In this document: positions 37,687-49,311 of the stretch, piece after piece
Numbering within the stretch: position 1 is the first letter of the stretch
How the letters are laid out: each line of letters starts with the position of its first letter
NCBI RefSeq assembly: GCF_006345805.1
Contig: NC_043001.1
Span: forward strand, 102,858,001 to 102,922,000
From: Octopus sinensis
Lineage: Eukaryota
Direction of reading: 5' to 3'
Length of the DNA: 64,000 bases
Position numbers and translations under genes: made by a program
Notes under the pieces: generated by a model
Told to the model about the DNA's origin: nothing
The model's database searches: none
What the model saw: only the letters and a program-made list of their open reading frames with translations

Positions 37687-37834
37687 AACTGTATTGTTAA
37701 TATATCAAGAGGTGTGCCAGTGACTGGACATACAGTTGTCAGGATTAAATGGCTAGTAACAAAATGAGATGATAAACTAGGGCTTATGAAGTTTGCAGTT
37801 TCTCATTTCTACCTTAATATTCCTAACATTTCAG

Positions 37835-37905
37835 TTGCAAGTGTCAAATTACATGATGAATCTAATGTAACATTGGCTTATAAATTAATTTCAATTCCAA
37901 GATCA
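37835..37905 (+). CDS. Candidate exon of an unidentified plus-strand gene
   Basis: Long polypyrimidine tract ...attcctaacatttcAG | xASVKLHDESNVTLAYKLISIPRS | GTaaga. 71 nt, phase 1 to 0. Confidence 0.35.
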
Positions 37906-38675
37906 GTAAGAATTGGGGATGTTTAAGGAAATTGCTATTTTTACTGTCTTTTCTTGATTTACTAAGCTCTTAATTTTTCCATGAAATACCGTCTTTATTC
38001 ATGGACTTTAGAATAGAAACAGTGTTGCTTTATAGATAATTGTTATTGTACTAACACCAACTGCCAGAGAGGAAAATAGTTTGTTTTCAGTGTCTATTCA
38101 ATACACATTGCGGTTCTATTGAACAGAGAATTTTCTGACAGGATTTAAATCTGTCATTGTCAACCACCAAACTATTAAGTCAATTTAACAGTATGTATCA
38201 CCAATCAAACATTTTTTTTTCTTTCATCAAAGAAGCCAGGGATATTTAAATCACAAAGCTGTAGGAGTCTAACCTTGAGAGTGGGAAGTATTGATTCCAT
38301 CTCCACTGACTCTCTCTTTCTTTCTTTCTCTCTCTCTCTCTCTCTCTCTCAATTCAATAGCACTAAACAAAAATATATTTGTCCCTTTATCTTTTACCAC
38401 TCTTCCTTTCCCTCGGGATATATTAAAGAAATCTTAACATGAATCAGATGCTAACAGTAAATATACGAGAAAAACCTTGAAACCATCTTCCTTATCAGAG
38501 AATAGACAGCTATCACATCATGTGTGTGTATGTGTGTGCACATGCATGCACACACTTGAATGCACACACTTGTATATGTGCATTACCTTTGCAAGCATAA
38601 CTTTCTTTTACATTTATGTGAGATGAGGTGAGAAGACTATCACTATTTCCTGCAAGAGCATCACAACATCTTTGT

Positions 38676-38880
38676 CATTTAACTTCCGTTTTCCATGCTG
38701 GCATGGGTTGGGATGGTTTAACAGGGACTGGCAAGGCCAGAAGCTGCACTAGGTTCCGATGTATTTTTTAGGCATAGTTTCTACAGCTGGATGCCCTTCC
38801 TAACATCAACCACTTTACAGAGTGTACTGGGTGCTTTTTTATGTGGCACCAGCACTGACAGGGTTAACAAGTACTTTGCA
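38676..38880 (-). mobile_element. Short RTE-3'-end element
   Basis: Family terminus in reverse complement. Confidence 0.75.
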
Positions 38881-40259
38881 AAACAATAACCCCCTCAGCT
38901 GGGAGGAAGTAGTATTGAGGAGGTGTAGCTTTGTGCCAGCTGAGAGGTTTAAGGTACAGAGAGGACAGATATAGATGTCTCAGCAACAAAACTAAGAATT
39001 TAGAACCGCGTCAGTCTGTCACTGTTTATTCTAATAAAACTGCCTCATGCTTTTAAAAATATTCCTTATCATTGCTACAGAAACCCCCATCATAAACAAT
39101 TAAATATTCATTTCTAATTCACTTCAACTTTTCCTAAATATATTGAACTAGTCAAATGCATTATGTACATGCACACACATAGACATGTACATACACACAC
39201 ATGCATGCATACAAAGAACTGGGAGTTCAGTTGTCTGAAGATTGTAGCTGAGATATGACATTGAGTCACAGCTAACAATTTCAAAGACTGCTAAGTGTTT
39301 ATTGATCTTTATATTTTTCATCGCCCACCACCAGACTACATACATCTATACATGCAAGTCTATACATATGCGTGTATACAAGTGTAAGCATCATGCATGC
39401 ATGTTTTTCTCAGAAATCTCATGACAATGAAAAAAAGTGTTTTTCAATGAGAAAAAAAAATGTTATCAGCTAAACTTTTCTTGAAATAATTACTCTGATA
39501 GAATTAAAAATGTATGATGGTAACTAGTAAAAAAAGTGTCCATTGATTACACTCAAAATAAAAACTAATATTGATAATTACATTAATTTGTAATGCAACT
39601 TTGGAATAAACAATTGAAATAGGGGCAAAAATGTATGTTTTTGACTCGGTGCAAACATGTTTGCGTATGTATACACACACACATACACAAACACACATAT
39701 GTATACACACATATATACATACATGTACATATATACATATACATATATGTATATACGTGTGTGTGTGTGTGTGTGTAAATACACACACAATTAGCTACTT
39801 TGTTTACTCAGTGTTATCAGTTAGTTATTCTACGTGCGCATACACTAAGATACCATCATTATCATCATCGTTGATTTAGCAATCACTTTTCCATGCAAGC
39901 ATGGATCACACTGGTTTCATTGAAGCAGATTTTCTGCAGCCAGAAACCCTTCTTGTTGCCAACCCTCATCCATTCCCAAATAATGCTTCCCTTTGGCCAC
40001 ATGCTTTCATAAAACTCTGGAAACAAATGACACTGTTTGTATAACACTGACACTCACTCACATCTACAATACAATGTCAAGACAAGGAGACACAAACATA
40101 CATAGGAATCCATTGCATTTATGGAATTAACATGGTCCCTAAAACCTAACCATAATGTGAAATTATTTTCCTATTCCTTATGTTATAAAATAATAAAGCA
40201 TTCCAATGGATTTTTTAGGGAAAAAAAAATACAATTTCTAAACATGCACCGCACTACAT

Positions 40260-40483
40260 ATTTCTTTATTGCCCACAAGGGGCTAATCATAGAGGGGACA
40301 AACAAGGACAGAAAAAGGGATTAAGTCAATTAGATTGACCCCAGTGTGTAACTGGTACTTTATTTATCGACCCCGAAAGGATGAAAGGCAAAGTCGACCT
40401 CAGCGGAATTTGAACTCAGAACGTAACGCAGACAAAATATTGCTAAGCATTTTGCCCAGCACGCTAATGCCAGCTCGCCGCCT
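40260..40483 (-). mobile_element. SINE family B with target-site duplication
   Basis: Reverse complement of family B, flanked by direct repeat GCACCGCACTA at 40246-40256 and 40489-40499. Confidence 0.88.
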
Positions 40484-40809
40484 TTAACGCACCGCACTAT
40501 ATGTATACATTAAAACATTGGAAGAGAAATACATTACGGAAAAATAAGAATTGTAAAATAGTAATAGAGTATGTCCTTACCACAAAGGATGTCTACAACT
40601 ATGTGAGAGATGGTAGTGGTAGGACGGGAGCTATTGGGAGATTGAGGGTCAGTGTCTTCTATCTTATGGTGTGCATCAACATCTGCTTGAGGAACAAACA
40701 ACAGAATTGTTTGATGGTCTTGAACCATCATCTCTTTGTACAGCTGAGTGTAGGAACTGAGCTCATTGTAAACTCCTTTTTTTAATTTCTAGGTTACAAG
40801 CACCATACA

Positions 40810-41110
40810 TGCATCAGTCATTGCCAGTTCCGCCTGACTGGCTCCCTGTGTCAGTGACACATAAAGAGCACCATCCGAACATGGTCGATGCCAGCCCCCT
40901 CGCCCAGACTGGCTCCTGTGCTGGTAGCATGTAAAAAGCACCTACTACACTCTCAGAGCAGTTGGTTCCAGGAAGGGCATCCAGCTGTAGAAACACTGCC
41001 AGATCAGACTGGAGCCTGGTGCAGCCTCCTGGCTTGCTGGACCCCAGTCAAACCATCCAACCCATGCCAGCATGGAAAAACAGATGTTAGACGATGATGA
41101 TGATGATGAT
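40810..41110 (+). mobile_element. Short RTE-3'-end element
   Basis: Family terminus with (GAT)n tail; a further diverged copy follows at 41440-41621. Confidence 0.8.
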
Positions 41111-41788
41111 ACATTCACGATTAGAATCATTATCAACAAAAACCTGCAGACTTTCCTCTATAAGTAATCACCTTTTAGAAACATTCTTTGCAGTCAATTT
41201 AAGAAGAGTTGCTGGAATTTCCATATTCTCATCTGTTCTCTGCTTACTCTTATTCTAACAACATCAGCTCCTTCTTAGATAAACTCCCTCTGTGGAACAC
41301 AGGCAACCCAATCACATCATCCTTATGAATACTTCAACCCTACATCATTTACAAGTGTCACAACACAGATCTGTTTGTGGAAAACTTGTCAACACACAGT
41401 CTGGTTATATATTTTTCCAAAAAGAGTCCTTTCTTTACTTGGTGTCCTTGATAGTGCTGGTGCCATGTAAAAAAACAATCAGTGCACTCTGAAAAATGGT
41501 CAGCATTAGGAATGGCATCCAGTAGTAGAAACCATAGCAAAGCAGACAATAAAGTTTGTGCAACCCTCTGGCTTGCCAGTTCCTGTTAAGCGGTCCAACA
41601 CATGCCAGCATGGAACATGGACATTAAATAGTGCTGGTTTTAGAAGCTTGATAAAATAGAGAAGTGTATGTATTCACTTTCAATGCGAAAATGACTTCAC
41701 CAATTGCTTCCATACTTGTAATGTATGAATAATTTGACCTCAGACAAATAATAGGCTCTTCATTTGATATTTTAATAAAAATAAAAAA

Positions 41789-42558
41789 TATTCTGTTGTG
41801 TCTGGGGAGAGTCATTCTCTTTTGGAGCCTTATAATCTAACACACTCACCCGTAAAATTTTCACATTTATTTTTTATTTTTCTAAAATTTTCGTTGCATT
41901 TTGCAACCTTTTCAATAGTCGTTGGCTCTGTCCGTTACTCACACTGCATTCCTTTTTGTTTGTTTGTGTGTATGGGTGAGTGTATGAATATATATATGTA
42001 TATGCACATGTATGTAAGCATATGGATATGAAAGTAAACAGATCAACATACAGACGGATAGTTACATAGGTTATATGAACAAACAAGCACACATACGCAA
42101 ATGAAGACTGAAACACATGACCACAGACTTTACTTCACACAAGGACACATATGGAAACACGTCTACACAGATGGAGATGCACATCCATAGATACAAACAT
42201 GGTACATAGTTGCAAAATATACACACAAACACGGACATGCAAACACATGAATATGCAGAATACATACATACAAATGTACACACATATATAGATACATATG
42301 CACACACATACACACACATGCATACATACATGCATGTATAGGCATGCACACACACACTGATCCACACACATGTGCACAAACAAAAAAAAGGAATGCAGTG
42401 TAACGGACAAAGTCAATGACTATTGGAAAGGTTGCAAGATGCAACGAAAATTTTAGAAAAATAAAAAAGAAGTGGAAAATTTACCAGTGAGTGTGTTAAA
42501 TTATAAGGCACAAAAAGAGAATGACTCTCTCCAGACACAACAGAATATGCTTCAACAC
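41789..42558. mobile_element. Fold-back element with ~190-bp inverted arms and a microsatellite-like spacer
   Basis: TATTCTGTTGTGTCTGGGGAGAGTCATTCTC... (41789) is inverted at ...GAGAATGACTCTCTCCAGACACAACAGAATA (ends about 42548). Confidence 0.8.
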
Positions 42559-42955
42559 TCTTTTGTTTCAGTCATTTGACTGCGGCCATGCTGGAGCACC
42601 GCCTTTAGTCGAGCAAATCGACCCCAGGACTTATTCTTTGTAAGCCTAGTACTTATCCTATCAGTCTTTTTTGCGGGGATGTAAACACACCGGTTACGGG
42701 GATGTAAACACACCAGCATCAGTTGTCAAGCGATGTTGGGAGGACAAACACAGACACACAAACATATACACACATACATATATATGCATATATACAACGG
42801 GCTTCTTTCAGTTTCCGTCTACCAAATCCACTCACAAGGCTTTGGTTGGCCTGAGGCTATAGTAGAAGACACTTGCCCAAGGTGCCACGCAGTGGGACTG
42901 AACCTGGAACCATGTGGTTTGTAAGCAAGCTACTTACCACACAGCCACTCCTACG
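42558..42955 (-). mobile_element. SINE family A
   Basis: Full-length reverse complement copy. Confidence 0.85.
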
Positions 42956-43039
42956 CAAACCAAATTCAAAAACAAAATAAAAAAATATTGCTTTTTATAT
43001 TACATTCACATCTATAAAGTTTTTAAAATATTTACTTCC

Positions 43040-43700
43040 GGTTTTCTAGTCATACATATCTCTCTATCTGTATCTCTCTATATCTCTCTTTATATCTCTT
43101 TATCTCTCTTATCTCTATCTCTCTATCTATATCTGTCTCTCTGTAACATATCTCTCTATCTGTATCTCTCTATATCTCTCTTTATCTCTATCTCTCTATC
43201 TATATCTGTCTCTCTGTAACATATCTCTCTATCTGTATCTCTCTATATCTCTCTTTATCTCTATCTCTCTATCTATATCTGTCTCTCTGTAACATATCTC
43301 TCTATCTATATCAATATCTCTACATCTATCAGTTTATATCTTATCTATCTATAGCTATATATCTATCTATATTTCTCTTATTTGTCTCACTAGCTCTCTC
43401 TCTCTCACCCCCTCTCTATATATATATCTTTATCTCTCTTTCTTTATCTATACCTATATCTTTCTCCCTCTATATCTCTCTCTATATATCTCTCTTTATA
43501 TCTCTTTATCTCTCTTTATCTCTATCTCTCTATCTATATCTGTCTCTCTGTAACATATCTCTCTATCTATATCAATATCTCTACATCTATCAGTTTATAT
43601 CTTATCTATCTATAGCTATATATCTATCTATATTTCTCTTATTTGTCTCACTAGCTCTCTCTCTCTCACCCCCTCTCTATATATATATATCTCACTCTAT
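43040..43700. repeat. TC/TA-rich minisatellite with nested duplications (in Helitron 5' region)
   Basis: CTGTCTCTCTGTAACATATCTC occurs four times; a ~170-bp block is repeated at 261-bp offset (about 43265 and 43526). Confidence 0.8.
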
Positions 43701-44165
43701 CTATTGCTTTTACTTTCATTTTTCAAATGCTATTCTTTTCAGTTTCAATTTTCAGACACCATTGCTTTTTCACTTTAACTTCAATCGTTATTGTTTTCAC
43801 TGTAAGTTTAAGTTTTCAACCACTATTTACAAACAACAATGACAAATTATAGACAGAAAGAAGTTCACAATTACTGATGTAAGTAATTTCATAATTTACT
43901 GACAGAAGTATCTTCATAAATTTCACTTCAATCTATACAATATTGTGTTTTTCTGTTGTTGACAGTTTTTTCCTGGTTCCTTCAATACTGACTCTTTGGT
44001 TCACTGAGTAACAAATTTCACTTCAATCCGTACAATATTTTATTTTCCATTAGAATTTCCTATTTACTTTCTGCCCATCGTATAAAGAAACATAATTTCT
44101 GTTACCAAGTTATTTTCATTGTTTACTATCTTCTGCACTCAGTATTTCTGTATACATATATAACT

Positions 44166-47100
44166 ATGCCTAGAAGGAAAGTGTCAAATTTGTCTAAAAT
44201 ATCAAGGTCAGCCAAAAGAATGTCTCTGTCCAGACAAAGAGAGACACCTGAAGAAAGGGAAGCACGCCAAGAAATGAAGACTGTGTACTACAAAAGCCAG
44301 AGCATCTCAAAGTAATGAACAGAGGTATGAACGACTAACAAGGAACAGGATCTCCACTGCAAAACGAAGAGCAGTTGCAAAAGCTCAGAGAAACAAATTC
44401 AATAAAGCAGCTTTCAAATATGATCCAACAGTTCATTATACAGATGACAATAGAGTTACCATTGGTGCAATGACAACTGAGTGCATATATTGTAAAGCAA
44501 AGAAGTGGCCCGGAGAGACACCTGCATTGTGCTGCAGTGGTGGAAAGGTTAAACTCCCAGCAATCCCCCAACCTCCAGAGCCATTGAATAAACTGTTGTC
44601 ATCAAATGACCAAGATTCCAAGCACTTCCAAAACAAAATTAGACAGTACAACGCTGCACTACAGATGACATCATTTGGAGTAACAAGAGATTTAACTGAG
44701 CCAGGATTCATGCAAACTTTCAAGATCCAAGGTCAGATTTATCATCAGATTGGCTCTCTACTACCTCTGGCAAATAAATCACCAAAATTCCTTCAAATAT
44801 ATTTTATGGGTGATTCTCAACAAGAAGGGCAAGAGAGGTGCAAGAAAATTTCCAACATCAGGATGAACATTGTAGTGTCTCTGCAAAAGATGCTGCATAA
44901 CAACAACAACCTGATCAGAGGCTTCAAGACTGCACTTGAAACCATTCCACCCAACCCCATGGATTACAAGGTAGTTATCAGATCAGACAAGAAACCATCT
45001 GATCAACATGAAGGCAGGTTTAGTGCACCGACAACAAATGAAATAGCTGTGCTTCTGGTTGGGCAAGAACAGGACAAGCGTGACATTGTCCTCCATCTCA
45101 GAGACAACACACTGAAGAGGATTTCAGAAACACACGGATCCTATGATGCACTACAATATCCACTGCTGTTCTGTTATGGACAAGATACTTACCAAATTGA
45201 CATTAGTCAGACAAACTCCTCAAAGACTGTTTCAGCCAATGACTTCTATGCATTCCACATGATGGTCAGGAGTTAAGATTCAAACCACATCCTACATTGC
45301 AGAGATCTATTCAGTCAGTTCATTGTTGACATGTATGCAAAAATTGAAAGTGAACGATTAGGCTACTTGAGACGTAACCAGAAGAAACTGCGAGTGGAAT
45401 CATATGCACACCTGCAAGATGCAATGCTGAATGATCTTGATGTTAACAACATGGGCCAGCTGATCATCCTTCCATCATCATTCACAGGAAGCCCAAGATA
45501 CATGCATGAGCGCACACAAGATGCCATGACATATGTTAGACACTATGGCAGACCAGACCTCTTCATAACCTTCACATGCAACCCTAAATGGAAAGAGATT
45601 CAAAATGAACTCTTCCCAAACCAACAGCCTAAACATAGACATGACATAATTGCAAGGGTCTTCAGACAGAAGCTTATCAAGCTCATGCAGTTACTGACCA
45701 AAGATAAAGTGTTTGATGCTACTAGATGCTACATATATACAATAGAGTGGCAGAAACGTGGACTTCCTCATGTACACATCCTGCTCTGGCTTACAGACAA
45801 AATCCATGCCAGAATGATAGACAAATTCATCAGTGCAGAGATTCCAGATCCTCAGGAAGATCCAGAACTTTTCAATGTGGTCAAGACTCAAATGGTTCAT
45901 GGTCCATGTGGGAACATCAACCTACATGCTCCATGCATGCAGGATAAAAAGTGTACAAAAGGTTTTCCAAAGAAGTTCCTTCAAGAGACACAGACTGGAG
46001 ATGATGGCTATCTACTCTACAGAAGAAGAAAGCCAGATGATGGTGGATTTAAAACTACCATCAAAAAGTCATCTCATCCTGAAATTCCAGTTGACAACAG
46101 GTGGATAGTACCATACTGTCCCCTCCTCTCCAAGATATTCAATGCACACATCAATGTTGAGTTCTGTAACTCAGTGAAATCCATTAAGTATGTGTGCAAA
46201 TATGTCAACAAGGGATCAGACATGGCGGTCTTTGCAGTCCAGAGTTCAGAGAACAATGACGAAATCAAGACCTTCCAAATGGGAAGGTATATCAGTAGTG
46301 GTGAAGCATGTTGGAGAATCTTCAATTTCCCCATTCATGAGAGATATCCCTGTGTGCAACATCTTGCAGTTCATTTGGAGAATGGCGAAAGGGTTTACTT
46401 CACTCCAGACACAGTCCAACGACAAATGGAAGCTCCCAAAAATACCACACTCACAGGATTCTTCCAGCTCTGTCAAAATGATAAATTTGCTAGAAGACTG
46501 CTATACAATGAAGTTCCACAATTCTATACCTGGTGCCAAAACAAATGGAAAAGACGTGCAATTGGATCACCCACACGTCATCCGGGGATCAAGAAATCAG
46601 ACACACTTAGCAGAGTCTATGTTGTCCACCCCAACTACTCAGAGTGCTACTATTTAAGGCTTCTGTTACACCATGTCAAGGGACCCACATCATTTACAGC
46701 CTTACGTACAGTTGACAACACAGTATGTCAAACATATCGCCAGGCTTGCTATGTCAGAGGTCTTCTGGAAGATGATGCACACTGGGATGCCACTCTGAGA
46801 GAGGCACAAATGTGCAAGTCTCCATTGCAGCTGAGAAACCTCTTCTCCATCATGCTGGTGAACTGTGGATTGTCAAATCCAAATCAACTTTGGTACAAAT
46901 ACAAGGAGGGGCTTTCTGAAGACATTCTTCAAATAATTCAATATCAGTGTGACGGTGATGTCACATTCAATTATGACATCTTCAATGAGGCATTAATATT
47001 AATAGATGACACGGTTCAATCACTGGGTGGAAACAAACTTGAAATTTATGGTCTTCCAGCTCCTGTCAGAGATGTTCAACACAGATTAGCACAAGAGCTA

Positions 47101-48525
47101 ATCAGGGAAACATCATACAAGATGGAAAGTTTGCAAGCATTTGTCAATGAAAAGGAACCAATTCTGGTACAGGATCAAAAAGAGGTATACAGGCAAGTTC
47201 TGACATCTGTGGACAATAACACTGGTGGGGTCTTCTTCTTAGATGCTCCAGGAGGCACAGGAAAGACATTATTGATCAACTTGCTCCTTGCCAAGGTGAG
47301 ACAGAAGAAGAAGATTGCTCTGGCTGTTGCATCCTCTGGAATTGCAGCCACACTCCTAACAGGGGGAAGAACAGCCCATTCAGCATTCAAGCTGCCTCTC
47401 AACCTCATTGAAAATGAATCTCCTTTATGCAACATATCCAAGAATACAGCATTAGCAAAGCTCCTTACAGATGCCAAACTCATTGTCTGGGATGAGGCAA
47501 CAATGTCCCATAAGGCAGCCTTTGAAGCGCTTGATAGAACACTACAAGACTTCAGAAACAATAAGATCATGGGTGGTGTCACCCTCCTCATGGCTGGTGA
47601 CTTCAGGCAAACGCTGCCTGTCATTCCCAGAGGAACAAGGGCAGATGAGCTGAGAGCTTGCATCAAGTCCTCAAATATCTGGCAACATGTCAAGCAGCTT
47701 ACTCTGACAACCAACATGAGGGTTCACTTTCATGGTGACCCCTTAGCTGCAGAGTTCTCCAACAAGTTACTTAACATTGGAAATGGAAAACTTCCACAAG
47801 ATCCAGAAGATAGTCTGCACCACCTTCCATGTGGTAATATGACTGCCTCCCTTGATGACCTGAAGAGCAAGGTGTTTCCAAACATTGCCATAAACTATAA
47901 AAGTCACAAGTGGCTATGTGAAAGAACAATTCTGGCACCAAGGAATGATGCTGTAGACAAGCTGAATCTAAATTTGTTGTCTCAGCTTCCAGGACCTGAA
48001 TGTTCATACAAATCAACTGACTCTGTCCCTGACCAAGAACAAGCAACACATTACCCAGGGGAGTTCCTCAATTCACTGCAACCGCCAGGATTTCCACCAC
48101 ACATTCTGATCATGAAAACAGGTGCTCCCATAATGCTATTAAGAAACCTTGATGCACCCAGACTCTGCAATGGAACAAGGTTGGTTGTTAAAACAGCCAT
48201 GCCCCATGTGTTGGAAGCAACAATAATTACAGGCAACATGATGGGTGAGAATGTCTTCATTCCAAGGATACCTCTCATCTCAAATGATCTCCCCTTTCAG
48301 TTCAAGCGACTGCAGTTTCCTGTCAAACTTAGCTTTGCAATGTCTATCAACAAAGCACAAGGTCAATCTCTGAAGGTGGTGGGACTTAACCTCCTTCAAC
48401 CTTGCTTCTCACATGGACAGCTGTATGTTGGATGTTCTAGAGTTGGAGATGAAAAGAACCTCTTTATTCTCAGTGATAAACATGGCAAGACAGAAAACAT
48501 AGTATATGAAGAAGCACTTACATGA
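44166..48525 (+). pseudogene. Helitron RepHel gene with one frameshift (~44275) and one in-frame TAA (45274-45276)
   Basis: MPRRKVSNLSK...ETPEEREARQE joins, after a frame change, RLCTTKARASQ...AAFKYDP...MTTECIYCKAKKWPGETPALCCSGG (zinc finger). Frame continues through TAA into DSNHILHCRDLFSQFIVDMYAKIE. Confidence 0.9.
45331..48525 (+). CDS. Intact Rep (HUH/Y2) plus PIF1-like SF1 helicase part of Helitron RepHel (1064 aa)
   Basis: Rep motifs PDLFITFTCNPKW, IEWQKRGLPHVHILLW, KYVCKYVNKG. Helicase motifs DAPGGTGKT, IVWDEATM, AGDFRQTLPV, TLTTNMR, LLRNL...LCNGTRL, FAMSINKAQGQSL, HGQLYVGCSRV. Confidence 0.92.
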   Translation: MYAKIESERLGYLRRNQKKLRVESYAHLQDAMLNDLDVNNMGQLIILPSSFTGSPRYMHERTQDAMTYVRHYGRPDLFITFTCNPKWKEIQNELFPNQQPKHRHDIIARVFRQKLIKLMQLLTKDKVFDATRCYIYTIEWQKRGLPHVHILLWLTDKIHARMIDKFISAEIPDPQEDPELFNVVKTQMVHGPCGNINLHAPCMQDKKCTKGFPKKFLQETQTGDDGYLLYRRRKPDDGGFKTTIKKSSHPEIPVDNRWIVPYCPLLSKIFNAHINVEFCNSVKSIKYVCKYVNKGSDMAVFAVQSSENNDEIKTFQMGRYISSGEACWRIFNFPIHERYPCVQHLAVHLENGERVYFTPDTVQRQMEAPKNTTLTGFFQLCQNDKFARRLLYNEVPQFYTWCQNKWKRRAIGSPTRHPGIKKSDTLSRVYVVHPNYSECYYLRLLLHHVKGPTSFTALRTVDNTVCQTYRQACYVRGLLEDDAHWDATLREAQMCKSPLQLRNLFSIMLVNCGLSNPNQLWYKYKEGLSEDILQIIQYQCDGDVTFNYDIFNEALILIDDTVQSLGGNKLEIYGLPAPVRDVQHRLAQELIRETSYKMESLQAFVNEKEPILVQDQKEVYRQVLTSVDNNTGGVFFLDAPGGTGKTLLINLLLAKVRQKKKIALAVASSGIAATLLTGGRTAHSAFKLPLNLIENESPLCNISKNTALAKLLTDAKLIVWDEATMSHKAAFEALDRTLQDFRNNKIMGGVTLLMAGDFRQTLPVIPRGTRADELRACIKSSNIWQHVKQLTLTTNMRVHFHGDPLAAEFSNKLLNIGNGKLPQDPEDSLHHLPCGNMTASLDDLKSKVFPNIAINYKSHKWLCERTILAPRNDAVDKLNLNLLSQLPGPECSYKSTDSVPDQEQATHYPGEFLNSLQPPGFPPHILIMKTGAPIMLLRNLDAPRLCNGTRLVVKTAMPHVLEATIITGNMMGENVFIPRIPLISNDLPFQFKRLQFPVKLSFAMSINKAQGQSLKVVGLNLLQPCFSHGQLYVGCSRVGDEKNLFILSDKHGKTENIVYEEALT

Positions 48526-49212
48526 ATAGTATGTCCATGTCATATACTGAAGTGTAAAACCATTGAGTGTTAAAGTAAGTATTACTATTACACTTTCAGT
48601 TTTCGACTGACATGCATGAATGTATATCTGTGTGTATAAAAGTGAAACAATAATGTGATACATTTGCTCTGTCTGTGTGTGTGTGTGTGTGCGTATGCGT
48701 GTGCGCGCGTGTGCGTGCGTGTGTGTGTGCACACGCGTGTGTGTACGCGCGTGCGTGTGCATACTCAACTTTCATTGTTTAAAATCTGTACCTGTTTCTG
48801 AATTATGTGTATCTACTTTAAATACACGAGTTGAAAATTTTCTTTTCATATTTCACTTAACGTCTATGTTCCTTGCTGGCATGGGTTGAAGAGTTATTAA
48901 TGTAGAAAGTTGGTATCTCATCTACTAGCAGTTGAGACCTACATAATCTAGATGGCATTTTTAAATTTCATTATTCTTTTAACCTGGGCAACACCAGGTA
49001 TTTCTGCTAGTTATAACTATAAAACACAAACACTCATATACAACAGGCTCTTTTTCAATTTCCTTCTACTAAATCCACAAATCCATTCACAACGCCTTGG
49101 GTTATAGTGGATGACATTTGCCCAAAGTGGTATACAGTGGGACAGAACCCAAAGCTATGGGGAGTTTAATGTAACATCTTTAGCCAGACAGCCATATCTA
49201 TCTATCTATCTA

Positions 49213-49255
<43 letters not shown>

Positions 49256-49274
49256 TATATATCATCATCATCAT

Positions 49275-49305
<31 letters not shown>

Positions 49306-49311
<6 letters not shown>

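Larger units (their letters stand above)
43011..49010 (+). mobile_element. Helitron (canonical Rep/Hel type), apparently full length
   Basis: RepHel coding region. 3' hairpin ACCTGG-GCAACA-CCAGGT (48982-48999) followed by ATTTCTG-CTAG|T (49007-49011). Candidate 5' end A|TCTATAAAG at 43010/43011 is less certain than the 3' end. Confidence 0.88.

Noticed and set aside
40581-40790. Minus-strand open frame ending in a phase-1 GTAAGG donor as the upstream MASTL exon
   Set aside because: Phase fits, but the peptide (…MMVQDHQTILLFVPQADVDAHHK…) has no similarity to the expected KKxDMxxKNM segment and the acceptor is weak.
45691-48278. Short alternative-frame and antisense ORFs within the Helitron
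   Set aside because: Shadows of the RepHel frame; no evidence of captured host gene fragments inside this Helitron.
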